NCBI GenBank assembly: GCA_049999805.1
Contig: JBNGIO010005933.1
Location: 53,365 to 73,364, forward strand
DNA length: 20,000 nt
Source: Folioceros fuciformis
Taxonomy: Eukaryota
Direction: 5' to 3'
Position numbers and translations under genes: made by a program. Positions 11,283 to 20,000 of this stretch are shown one piece after another; the first letter of the stretch is position 1, and each line of letters begins with the position of its first letter. The notes beneath the pieces were generated by a model. That model made no database searches. It was not told where the DNA came from and saw only the letters and a list, made by a program, of their open reading frames with translations.

Positions 11283-12417
11283 TCAAACGACATCAGAACA
11301 GTCAGTGCCCTCGGAGATGCAATTCGCCTTTGCCCCTCTAGGCTGGTAAGTTGTTAGGAAGGCCGGCAGCTTTACGCATTTTGTAGACCTGGAAACCGAA
11401 GGGAGACTCAATTCTCTCCCACCAAAGCCTTTCAGTCGGAGATGTCGAGTGTAGGCCATGGCTGTCGAGCCTAGCACGTCATCCCTGAAGCCGCAAGCTG
11501 TGAAGAAGGGTCTGTCATCACATCATGCAGTCTTAGCTTCCAAGCCGCATCTTGAGCACATCAGTGGACAAGCCGTCCCTTCCTTTAAGGAGGAAATTTC
11601 AAGAGAGAGCCATAACTGACCTCAGCTCGTCTGTCGACAGCACCGCAATGTCAGAAATTCCCAGCCGGAGAAGATCCCTGCGAAGGAGTCACAAAGCTGT
11701 GTAATTTTTGCCAAGGGATCCCCGGGAGCGATAGATCATCCATACGTACCTCACGATTCTCTGCAAAATTCGTTTTCCAATTCCCATTCGCTGGAACGAA
11801 GGTGCGACCTGGAGGACGTTCACGTCACCAGATCAGGCTCGTGGCTATACAACAGCAGCCAGCCAGAGCAGACAGGATGGGGGAAGTGAGCAAGAACGCG
11901 AAAGTACAGCAAGGTCGTAGACCGATGCAGTGAGGGCCAGATCGGATGTGGCCCGGCCGAAGCCCACCAAGGACCGGTTGGAGGAAATGGGTGGCAACCA
12001 TGGCTCCATCCAACCCCCCTTGGGTCGAGCACGTTCCTCCCCCTGCCATTCCCTCTGCATGTAGTCATCGGGGATCTGGCCTTCGACATATATCGCCATC
12101 ACCACGGTGCTATGCTGCAGAGCTCGGCGCAGTTTCTCAGCTTCCACATTCCTGAAGGCGCCGTCTGAGAGCCTGGGAAACATGTCACAGTTCTGCCTGG
12201 TGGCTGCTAGCAAGGCACTCAGCTCTCGGACATCCACCGCAGCCTCCTTGGTGACCACTGTGAGAGGCGGGAGCCGGAACTGCTTGCTCTGGGGCTGCAA
12301 AGAAGCCCTTGCCCCCTGCCGCCGCACGTCGTGCTGCTGCGTGGTTGCGGGTCCTGTGGGACGGGAACGGAGAAGCACTGGGCCATGGCCATTGCGTGCC
12401 AGCTGATGTGCGGCCAT
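11283..12417 (-). CDS. GNAT3: GCN5-related N-acetyltransferase, plastid GNAT3 (At4g19985)-like, 4 exons
   Basis: Exons 12417-11908, 11808-11750, 11677-11621, 11511-11283 (GT-AG, phase-matched). LVGFGRATSDLALTASVYDLA|VAPSFQRMGIGKRILQRIVR contains the acetyl-CoA motif QxxGxG, followed by DLLRLGISDIAVLS..RPFFTACGFRDDVLGSTAMAY. The Arg/Ser/Gln-rich N-terminus is compatible with a transit peptide. Start codon not certain. Confidence 0.88.
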
Positions 12418-12720
12418 TTCTGTGCAGGAAGGCAACACTGGGAGCCGAAACGCTCTTGTTTAACCCATTGCAAGCCGGACTGCACCTGGCACTCTGTTCG
12501 TGCAGACGCTCCTGGAGCAAGTTCCTTGGGCTGGTACTGTAGGGCGGCGTCGGTCGCACAGGGAGATCATGTGGCCTGCAACGTGCTCGCTTGCAAGGGG
12601 AATGAGCTGACAAGGTATTTCTTTACCCGCATTTGTTTCTCCAGCTTCTGATGTGCTGCAGTAGACTGGCCTACACAGTTTTGAAGCAGCAGTGGTGACC
12701 GGATGATGGCGGCGCTGCAG

Positions 12721-14578
12721 GGGAGACTGTGTTGAGCCCTTGCCTCTGGAGTACAGAACGTCGGCTGCTCCTCGCACTTGTGCGAAAGTTGTGGAGGTAT
12801 GTGCTAAGCAACAGACTATTGCTCAGTCGAAAAGGCTGCTTGTTGCCATCTCGGAGAATGGGTTCGATCTGGAAGGCGCCTTGGGCAATGCCGTCGTTTC
12901 CATGTTTGTGAGGTGTGGGGCGTATGTGGAAGCAATCAATGTGTTCAACGATGTGCGTCAACCGACTGTTTCATCCTGGACTGCAGTTATCTCTGCATGT
13001 TGTAAGGCAGGCAAAAGCGAGGAAGCCTTGAAGTTGTATCATAGGATGCAGGAAGAAGGTGTACTGCCGAGCAAGTTTACCTTCATCGTTGTACTAAAGG
13101 TGTGTGGCATCCTGGGCGACCTCAGGAATGGCAGGCTGGTTCACGCAGAGATTTCTCAAGGAGAGTATATATCAGATGTGTTTGTTGGCACAGCCCTGGT
13201 GTCCATGTATGCGAAATGTGGGAGCTTGCTGGAGGCCCGACACGTTTTTGATACCTTGCCTAATCGAAATGTTGTGTCATGGAACGCAATGATAGCAGGG
13301 TATGCTCAGGGTGAGCAGGGTGAGATCGGTTTGCACTTGTATGCCGACATGCTGGAGCAAGGTTTGGACCCAGACAATTGGACTTTTTCTGCCGCACTAA
13401 GATCTTGCGGCAGCCTAGCGGCTATGGAACATCCAGCCCTTGTGGATGGGTACCCCGTCAAGGTGAACTGCCTCGCGAGGGGGAGATTGATTCATAAGGA
13501 AGCCCGGAGAAGAGGGTATGAGTTGGACACTCTCGTAGGGAACACACTGGTGGACACGTATGCAAAGTGTGGAAGCATGGTGGATGCACAGCATGCATTT
13601 GATAAACTGCCACAGCGGGATGTCGTTTCGTGGAATACCATGATCGCTGGATACACTCAGCAGCAGCAGGATGAGAAGGCTTTGCAGCTCTACACACTAA
13701 TGAAGAACACTGGTCAAGAGCAAAATGTGGCTACATTCCTGTGGACTTTAAAAGCGTGTGGTAACACAGGAGGTCTGCATACTTGCTGCCAAATTCACCA
13801 TGAGATTGTCAGACGAGGACTTGAGGGCAGTGTCAACATAGCTACAACCCTTGTGCACTCCTATGCAAAATGCGGAAGCATGGCGAATGCTCTTGGGGTC
13901 TTCAAATCTCTACCCAAGCCGGATGTTGTGACCTGGAGTGCACTCATAGGAGGATATGCCCGACACGGAGAGTACGAACAAGCGGTGGACAGCTTTGCTG
14001 CAATGCAAGAAGCAGGCATTCAACCAAACGAGATCACCTTCACTTCTCTTCTTACAGCGTGTAGTCATGCAGGTTGCGTGGGCCAAGGCATCCAGTGCTT
14101 CAAATCGATACTGAACCACCACTCGTTGGCTCCCACTGTTCTGCACTACACCATTCTGATTGACCTTCTGGGCCGTGCGGGGCACCTCAAGGGCATCCGA
14201 GAGTTACTGCAATGCTTGCCTCTTCAGCTTGACCTGCCACTGTGGATGTCCTTACTCGGAGCCTGTAGAAAACACAACAATGTGGAGGTGGGAAGACTTG
14301 CATTCGACAACGTTGTCAGCCTGGAACCCCAGCTTAGTGCTGGTTATGTGCTGATGGCAAACATATATTCCCACCATCAAATGTGGGATGAAGTACATGA
14401 GATACAGATGCTGCGAGTAAGTAGAGGAGCTTTCAAGGAACCTGGTCGGAGCTGGATTGAGATTGCAGGGCAGGTCCAGGGATTCGTGGTAGGTGATAGG
14501 AGCCACCCGCAGTGCAAACGTCTTCACGCTCAAGTGCGGAAACTGAACCATTTTTTCAACAGGGAAGGTGCAACATGA
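12721..14578 (+). CDS. PLS-class pentatricopeptide repeat protein with E1/E2/E+ extension and no DYW deaminase; organellar RNA-editing factor type (main exon)
   Basis: P-L-S triplets (VSSWTAVISACCKAG, FTFIVVLKVCG, VGTALVSMYAKCGS, NVVSWNAMIAGYAQ), then P2-L2-S2 (ITFTSLLTACSHAG, HYTILIDLLGRAG), E1 (WMSLLGACRKHNNVE), E2 (GYVLMANIY) and PG box PGRSWIEI at ~14441. Stop at 14576-14578 with no HxE or CxxC. The true start is unclear: an in-frame TGA sits at 12704 and the first in-frame ATG is at 12902. A candidate first exon is 12385/12406-12614. Confidence 0.93.
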
Positions 14579-14690
14579 GAACCGAGAGAGGAATCAAAGT
14601 ACCTAGTTGGGAGATATGTTTGACATAATTTTCCCTTGTTCAAAAATCTGACCATCTTCCTATTCCCGCCCCAAACGAAAATGCCTTGTA

Positions 14691-15038
14691 TCACCTCTGT
14701 TCCCATCTTTCCTTCGCCCATCCACCCACAAAGTACAGCACAACCAGCACTAAAGAAACGAGCTGTATCAACGCTAAGACAACCAATAATGTGTTGAAGA
14801 TCCAACACTTCCAAGTTCCTTCCTCTACAACGAAGGTCCAATACCGACCAGGTCTTCCTTCATTGGGAACAATTGCCTGGGAATTCATGGACGCAGCCGG
14901 CACTAACTGATTGCCACTCATGAGGGATTCACCCTCCTCACTGCTCAAATCAATCTGCTCGAGATGCATGGATGATGGCTGCTGGCCCATGGTTCCTTCT
15001 TCTATTTCATTCTCCATTGTTCGAGGTTGTTGGGCCAT
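14691..15038 (-). CDS. Orphan ORF (115 aa): acidic repeat-containing N-terminus with a C-terminal transmembrane helix
   Basis: ATG-initiated ORF with hydrophobic stretch IFNTLLVVLALIQLVSLVLVVLYFVGGW and an internal peptide repeat whose 3-nt indel preserves the frame. No recognised family. Confidence 0.45.
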   Translation of the reverse strand: MAQQPRTMENEIEEGTMGQQPSSMHLEQIDLSSEEGESLMSGNQLVPAASMNSQAIVPNEGRPGRYWTFVVEEGTWKCWIFNTLLVVLALIQLVSLVLVVLYFVGGWAKERWEQR

Positions 15039-15068
15039 AGGTCCTTCTACTTCACCCTCTAGAGTTCG
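14976..15068 (-). repeat. Tandem 45/48-bp imperfect coding repeat
   Basis: 15068-15024 encodes RTLEGEVE-GPMAQQP and 15023-14976 encodes RTMENEIEEGTMGQQP. Confidence 0.75.
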
Positions 15069-15300
15069 AGAAATTGTTATCTCAACTATTTTTAAGACAT
15101 CTCAATCAATTTATGATTATTAGTGGTGAAAGCTCAAAGTGATATTCATACCTAGGAATTTGTACGATAGCTACATATATAGTGAGATCTTAGCATAACT
15201 TTGAGAAACACAAACATGTTGTCCCAAATATATTATTGTGTAATACATTCTAACCTTCTAATACGAAATTTGAGAATCAGTTCAAGTTAAAACTACATCA

Positions 15301-15380
15301 CCAATACATTCGAAGGTAGTATATTGTAAAAATTATTTTATCAACACACTCGAAGGTAGTCTATTATAAAAATTCTAATC
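15301..15380. repeat. Tandem 40-bp imperfect repeat in the AT-rich divergent intergenic region
   Basis: ccaatacattcgaaggtagtatattgtaaaaattatttta followed by tcaacacactcgaaggtagtctattataaaaattctaatc. Confidence 0.8.
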
Positions 15381-15508
15381 CTTGAAAGTTTATATTCCTC
15401 CATCGAAACAACATGCACTCCATGACCTATATATGTGGGGGTGGGTCTCCATGTTCACTTGCCTCTCTCCTTTGTTGCCCAAATATTTGTCTTCCTGAGG
15501 TCAACGTC

Positions 15509-16081
15509 ATGGCAGGGCTCAGATATTTGTGCTCTCTTGCTATTTTGGTAGTCATGTTTGCTACAAGTGGCGATGGGAGGAAGTTTGCTATAGGAGTAGC
15601 ACACCCAACAGACCTCGACCACTTCATTACCATCACTCGTCCTTGGCATCAACTTAGGGGTGAGCTTGCTTGCTTTGCAATGTATAGATGAGATTTTGTT
15701 TTTAGATTAGGTTTCTTCAATCACGCATGATGACTTATGCTTGTATGTTGTCACTCAGTTTCAAGCTGCTTTTGGCATAATTCGCATGGTGTGCATGTGG
15801 ACCCTCTTGGACAAATTAGCGATGGCCTTTGGGCAGCTGTGAACAAGGATATATGGGGGCCTAATGGAAGCAACTGCGACATTGCCATTTCAATGTGTAA
15901 TAGTACAATGAATGCAAACTGTGCAAACATCCCTATTGCTGATTGGTTGGAAGTCCTCCCAAGTCCTGGTAATCCAAGTCTTGGAGAAGACGTCATTCTT
16001 TCGCATGATGCTTGGACTGCAGTATATGGAGATTGGCAGTACGATTCCATTTTTCTTAGGGATTTGTATGTTCAGCTTTAG
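15509..16081 (+). CDS. Secreted EG45-like / plant natriuretic peptide-like protein (RlpA-like double-psi beta-barrel), divergent, ~157 aa, 2 exons
   Basis: Exon 1 15509-15659 (gtcATGgc; signal peptide MAGLRYLCSLAILVVMFATSGDG), intron 15660-15758 (GTGAG...CTCAG, phase 1), exon 2 15759-16081. The spliced product VSSCF...LWAAVNKDIWGPNGSNC...IPIADW...VILSHDAWTAV follows the EG45-like pattern PSACY...AAA...IWDNGA.C...V.IVD...I.LS..AF..IA. Confidence 0.7.
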
Positions 16082-16964
16082 ATTGCTGAAGAGGGCAATC
16101 CCCTACTTGTACTTCACATGTATGTGGAAGTAGTTGACGCTTGCTATTTTGTGAGCCTCATCTTACTTTTGTCTTAAAAAGCATTGGCTTCTGGCTACTC
16201 TTGCGTAGTGTTCTTCCCACCTTCTTTCCAGGTTTAATTCGCGTCTACTTTAGACATTAATCTACCGCTTTCCGGATGCTTCTCCGTTAAAGCTCATGAT
16301 ATCAACCTTTTTTTCACGCTCTTTATTTCTCCAGGTTTACCGCTCTTATCGATAAGTGTTCAAGTTCTTCTTTCTAGGTTTGGGTCTCTTTTCAACGACT
16401 TTTTCCCACGCATAAGTATTTTTTCTAGGCTTTCTGCTCCTCTGCTCCTCATCTGAGGAGTTCCAATGAATTCATATCCTTGTCCTCCGATTGCCGAACG
16501 TGTTCGCCCCTCAATGAGACCTTATGCACATAGAACCGTAGGGGTGGCTGGGAGGGAGGGAAATGAGAGACGTTCGAGGCGAAGTTATCTTACTGGAAGT
16601 ATGCTGGGCACACAACTTCGTGTCCCGGCACAGAAGTGGCTTTAATAACACCCCTTCAAGCACAGCACAACACAGGACAGCACATCCCTCGAGGATAACT
16701 TGTTGGTGGGCAAAACTATCGTCAATCTGCCCCGCCTTTTCTCGTAAGGCAGATGCAGTAGTTCCTTCCTCACGTGCTCCCTACCACCTGTTCGTGTCCA
16801 GACCTGTCCAATCACCAAGGCCGTTGCAAAAATTCCTCATTCCTCGCCGTAGGGTGAGGGCACGGGGATTCAGCCTCTACATGAAATAGGAGATGCGAAG
16901 AACCCATCAGCTATGGGCATGGCAGCAAAAGATCCAAGCGCGCCGTAGCCTGACCGCTCAAATT

Positions 16965-19382
16965 TTACCTTTCAGGAGAAGAGAGACATATGACTAGAAA
17001 ATAAATGAGGAAGCCAGCAAGTAGGATTCCACCATAGAGCAAAGCTTGTGAATGTTGCACTGGTGCGTTATATTCCACGCTGCAGCACCTCATCTTGTCC
17101 CTCTCCCCAGCCACCACTCGCTCCACATACGCCTGTGTGTGAAGCACCATCTGCAGAATATGCGATGAATTTCTGTGGGCATCCTTCAGATGATGGTCGT
17201 AGAGCAGCGCTGACAGATCCACCAATTGCTTTTCCAAGGAATCCAAGTACGACTCAATCTTCTCAACCACTTCATGAGGAACTGGTTCGGGAAGGTTTGT
17301 TGTATGCTTGTAGAACTTGTCCAGCCAAAGGGCTGACATTTTCTTCGATTTGCCTTTCACTGGCTCTCCAATCGGCGTCCTGAAGTACTCATTTACGAAA
17401 GTCTGCACATTCTCTGTAGCTTTCCGGACACCTCTCAAAGCCATGTCTACCCGAGAATAGATGGCATTCCTCAGCGCTGTATCCAAAAGCAAGCGACTCA
17501 CAGTGGACGTGTTTGAAAAAGGACCAAAAGGATGGTGCCCGGACGCCCATAGCCAGTTGACCACTGGCCGGTCGTGCACGTGTGATGCTCTCTCATACGG
17601 CGCAACCAGGCCTCCAACCACGGATGCAAGCCCTGCTACAATATGCCGATCCGAATAGCGGGGATATGCTTCCCGCCTCTTAGTCTCCGATACGTAGCTC
17701 AAAGGAACCAGCTCGCTTCCATGTTGCAGTACAATAACGCAATCGTGACTTGCCCACCACAAGCTCTCCCCATCCATCAAGAGCCCCTCATCGACCCCAG
17801 CCAGCGAGAGAACAAAGACAGGAACCACTCTAGTGCCATATGCCCTTTTAACAACGGAGGACTCTCCAGATGGTCTCCTAACCTCTTTCTTGGCCTTGGA
17901 ACCTGGAGTCGTGCCATAAGAGGGAACCCGGTTCCTGATAACGCTGTCCTCTCCCTCTGGCCTGTTGGGTTGTGCCGTCTGAGGCCAGAAATACTGGATT
18001 GAAAGGCCAGGATTTGATATTTCCAGAAGACCAGCAGCCAGGACATCAGCAGAGTGCAGCATTTCATCTCTAAGAATGGCACCATCAAGATAAGTTCTGG
18101 TGCTGGCCCGCACACGGCCATCCCTCCCTATTTCATGAATCGACTCGCCGCGGATGGCTTTCGAAACAGCAATAGCCAACCGTGGATGGTCATGCAAGCT
18201 GTGAACTCCTGCAACCACAACTGCCTCCTGCCCAGGCTGCAGGAATCTCGTCACCTGATGCTCAATGTGGGCGACATTTATGCCAAAGTTACTAGCTGCG
18301 TCCACCGACTTCCGAGAATGGTGGTTTTGCAGAATAATCACAGGTACCAGCAACCGGCTCGTCGCATCAAGAGTCTCAAACCTGACATCCGGAGAGATGA
18401 CCTGCTCGATAGCCGTTGCAACAAGAGCAGCAATTTGCCCGCCAAGAGTATCCTCCGACTCGGCCGACTTAACCGGTGGCCTCCCCCTGGGAAACATCAG
18501 ATTCCGCAACCTCGGCACGGTCCTGTAACCTACGCTGCCTTCCTCCGAGTCCACTCTGCCATACGTGCAAGGCCCGGCAGCCAGATCAATGACCACGTAC
18601 CTTCCAGCCGCAAGCCACACCTGCGTGCTGCTCCCGCCGTTATACCGGTACTTGTACACATACCCGGCCTCCTGCTCTCGCAACTCCTGCTCAGACAGCT
18701 CGAAAATTCGAGCGCCGACGGCCTCCTCCAAGCTGACATTCACCTCAACTTTTGGATTCATCCTAACCTTGTCCAAATTCAACACAAAGATGGCATACGG
18801 CACAGCGGAGTTCACAGAGACATCGGAATTGGGATCCTCCTCGAACAGATACTGGTACAGCGTGTCCAAGAGAGGCTCAACCCTCCTAGCCTCCACCTCG
18901 AAGAGAGACAGCTCCCGGCCAAACTCCTGCTCCCTGGCCGTCCCGGCCTCCCGCATCTCCTTCCGCACCTCATACTCCACGGCAATCATCTCCGGCTGCC
19001 CCACGGAGATGACGTTATAGACTAAGTCATGCTCGATGTCCAGCAGCTCCCCCGTCTCCAGACACGCCGGCCGGTGCGAGGGTTTGTTCTTCCTGAGCAG
19101 ATCCTCTAGCTTGTCCGGCTTCAAACTGTAGCGATAGCCGCCATCGCGGTTGAACCCTACAAGCACCACGTTGATCTCCAGCGGCACATGGAACGGCACC
19201 TCCGCCCGGGTGTGCAGCAGATTGCGAGCCTCCTTCTCTACGTTCTGCTTCACATCCTGGAATGCGCCGTGATGCCATTGCGGGTGGCCCGGGTCTCGCC
19301 TGAACGGCTCCGCTTTCCCCTCGCTTCCTACACACAGCAGAGCCACCAGCACAAGGCTGGCTACCAATCTTCCCGCCGCCAT
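16965..19382 (-). CDS. 805-aa single-exon membrane protein, At4g16180-like (KNS3/SPOT1 homolog family)
   Basis: Uninterrupted ORF with signal peptide MAAGRLVASLVLVALLCVGSEG. Blocks FRRDPGHPQWHHGAF, RAEVPFHVPLEINVVLVGFNRDGGYRY, YVVIDLAAGPCTYG, WASGHHPFGPFS match my recollection of At4g16180. C-terminal TM LLYGGILLAGFLIYFLVICL with short tail SSPER. Confidence 0.9.
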   Translation of the reverse strand: MAAGRLVASLVLVALLCVGSEGKAEPFRRDPGHPQWHHGAFQDVKQNVEKEARNLLHTRAEVPFHVPLEINVVLVGFNRDGGYRYSLKPDKLEDLLRKNKPSHRPACLETGELLDIEHDLVYNVISVGQPEMIAVEYEVRKEMREAGTAREQEFGRELSLFEVEARRVEPLLDTLYQYLFEEDPNSDVSVNSAVPYAIFVLNLDKVRMNPKVEVNVSLEEAVGARIFELSEQELREQEAGYVYKYRYNGGSSTQVWLAAGRYVVIDLAAGPCTYGRVDSEEGSVGYRTVPRLRNLMFPRGRPPVKSAESEDTLGGQIAALVATAIEQVISPDVRFETLDATSRLLVPVIILQNHHSRKSVDAASNFGINVAHIEHQVTRFLQPGQEAVVVAGVHSLHDHPRLAIAVSKAIRGESIHEIGRDGRVRASTRTYLDGAILRDEMLHSADVLAAGLLEISNPGLSIQYFWPQTAQPNRPEGEDSVIRNRVPSYGTTPGSKAKKEVRRPSGESSVVKRAYGTRVVPVFVLSLAGVDEGLLMDGESLWWASHDCVIVLQHGSELVPLSYVSETKRREAYPRYSDRHIVAGLASVVGGLVAPYERASHVHDRPVVNWLWASGHHPFGPFSNTSTVSRLLLDTALRNAIYSRVDMALRGVRKATENVQTFVNEYFRTPIGEPVKGKSKKMSALWLDKFYKHTTNLPEPVPHEVVEKIESYLDSLEKQLVDLSALLYDHHLKDAHRNSSHILQMVLHTQAYVERVVAGERDKMRCCSVEYNAPVQHSQALLYGGILLAGFLIYFLVICLSSPER

Positions 19383-20000
19383 CGCTCCTCCGACCTCAAC
19401 ATGCGCTACTACCAGTCCGGAGCACGGAGCTCATTCCTTTCCCTTGGGAGACTGAATGCGGAGCGGAATTCTGTTCACACTTGCATTTCTCCCAGTTTTG
19501 ACTGTTCAGTAAAGAACCGTTCTTCACCCACGAACACCTCCCAGCCACCAGCCCTGACAGGACGCACCGAGCTGCATGTGCGCTTCAATCTGAGAGATTT
19601 TACGAACCATCCTAGACCCATCCACATTTGAGGCAGTTCTTCGACCCGAACTTCCTCACCGTGAATCGTGATGGACATGCGATGCTAACCTTTGTATGTG
19701 GCTTTTTATGTTTTCCCTCCCTCCAAGGCTGGCATTCTAAGCGTAGTTATCCCAGTATAGTAACACACCAAGCTGTTTAGGAAAACCCCCGACGTCTCAA
19801 CCTTGGAGAGTTTCGAAAGGTTCCTCTCAAATGCGGCATCCGAGCAAGGAGAGTTGTCCAATTCAAGGGCTTGCAAGGGAACGGCAAGATTCCGCAAGAT
19901 ATCGCAAAAAACGAGCTCGAAAGCGTTCGTTTTGGCTTGGCATCGATTGCGGTCGAGAGCGGGGCAGGCGACGGAGGCGATGGCGGGGAGAAGGGGGGCA

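Noticed and set aside
12219..12392. Transit-peptide-like MAMAQCFSVPVP... frame as an alternative GNAT start
   Set aside because: It is out of frame with the GNAT domain and no intron reconciles it. The ATG at 12417 gives a continuous frame.
18054..19025. 323-aa plus-strand ORF antisense to the 805-aa gene
   Set aside because: Shadow frame produced by the codon bias of the real minus-strand gene. The His/Leu/Pro/Gln-rich composition is typical of antisense translation.
19706..20000. Minus-strand frame open from the window edge, and a plus-strand gcgATGgcg at 19980
   Set aside because: No recognisable homology and too little sequence to choose between the 3' end of a minus gene and the start of a plus gene. 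Needs the adjacent window.
1..20000. Prokaryotic-type systems (operons, CRISPR arrays, IS elements, defence loci), tRNA/rRNA genes, intact transposons
   Set aside because: The window is spliceosomal-intron-containing plant DNA. I saw no repeat-spacer array, transposase or RT motif, LTR/TIR pair, or tRNA cloverleaf.

Overview
Eukaryotic, gene-dense land-plant nuclear DNA. Introns of roughly 80-150 bp, about 50% GC and a PLS-PPR gene with an elongated L motif suggest a hornwort-like bryophyte (inference). In order, the window contains: the 3' part of URB1/NPA1 (+); a multi-exon GH27 APSE-like glycosidase (-) spanning a 100-N gap; adenine phosphoribosyltransferase (+); a 76-aa single-TM protein (+); a decayed PLS-PPR pseudogene that runs directly into an ABCG/PDR NBD fragment (+); a GNAT3-like plastid acetyltransferase (-) head-to-head with, and possibly overlapping, a PLS-E+ PPR editing factor (+); an AT-rich segment holding an orphan TM ORF (-) and a divergent EG45/PNP-like secreted DPBB protein (+); and an intronless 805-aa At4g16180/KNS3-homolog-like membrane protein (-). 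Exon structures were read by hand from GT-AG sites and phase. Family assignments are from motif recall, not database searches. I found no clearly novel multi-gene system. The best leads are the GNAT/PPR 5' overlap, the PPR-ABCG chimeric relic, the AT-rich island and the intronless KNS3 homolog.
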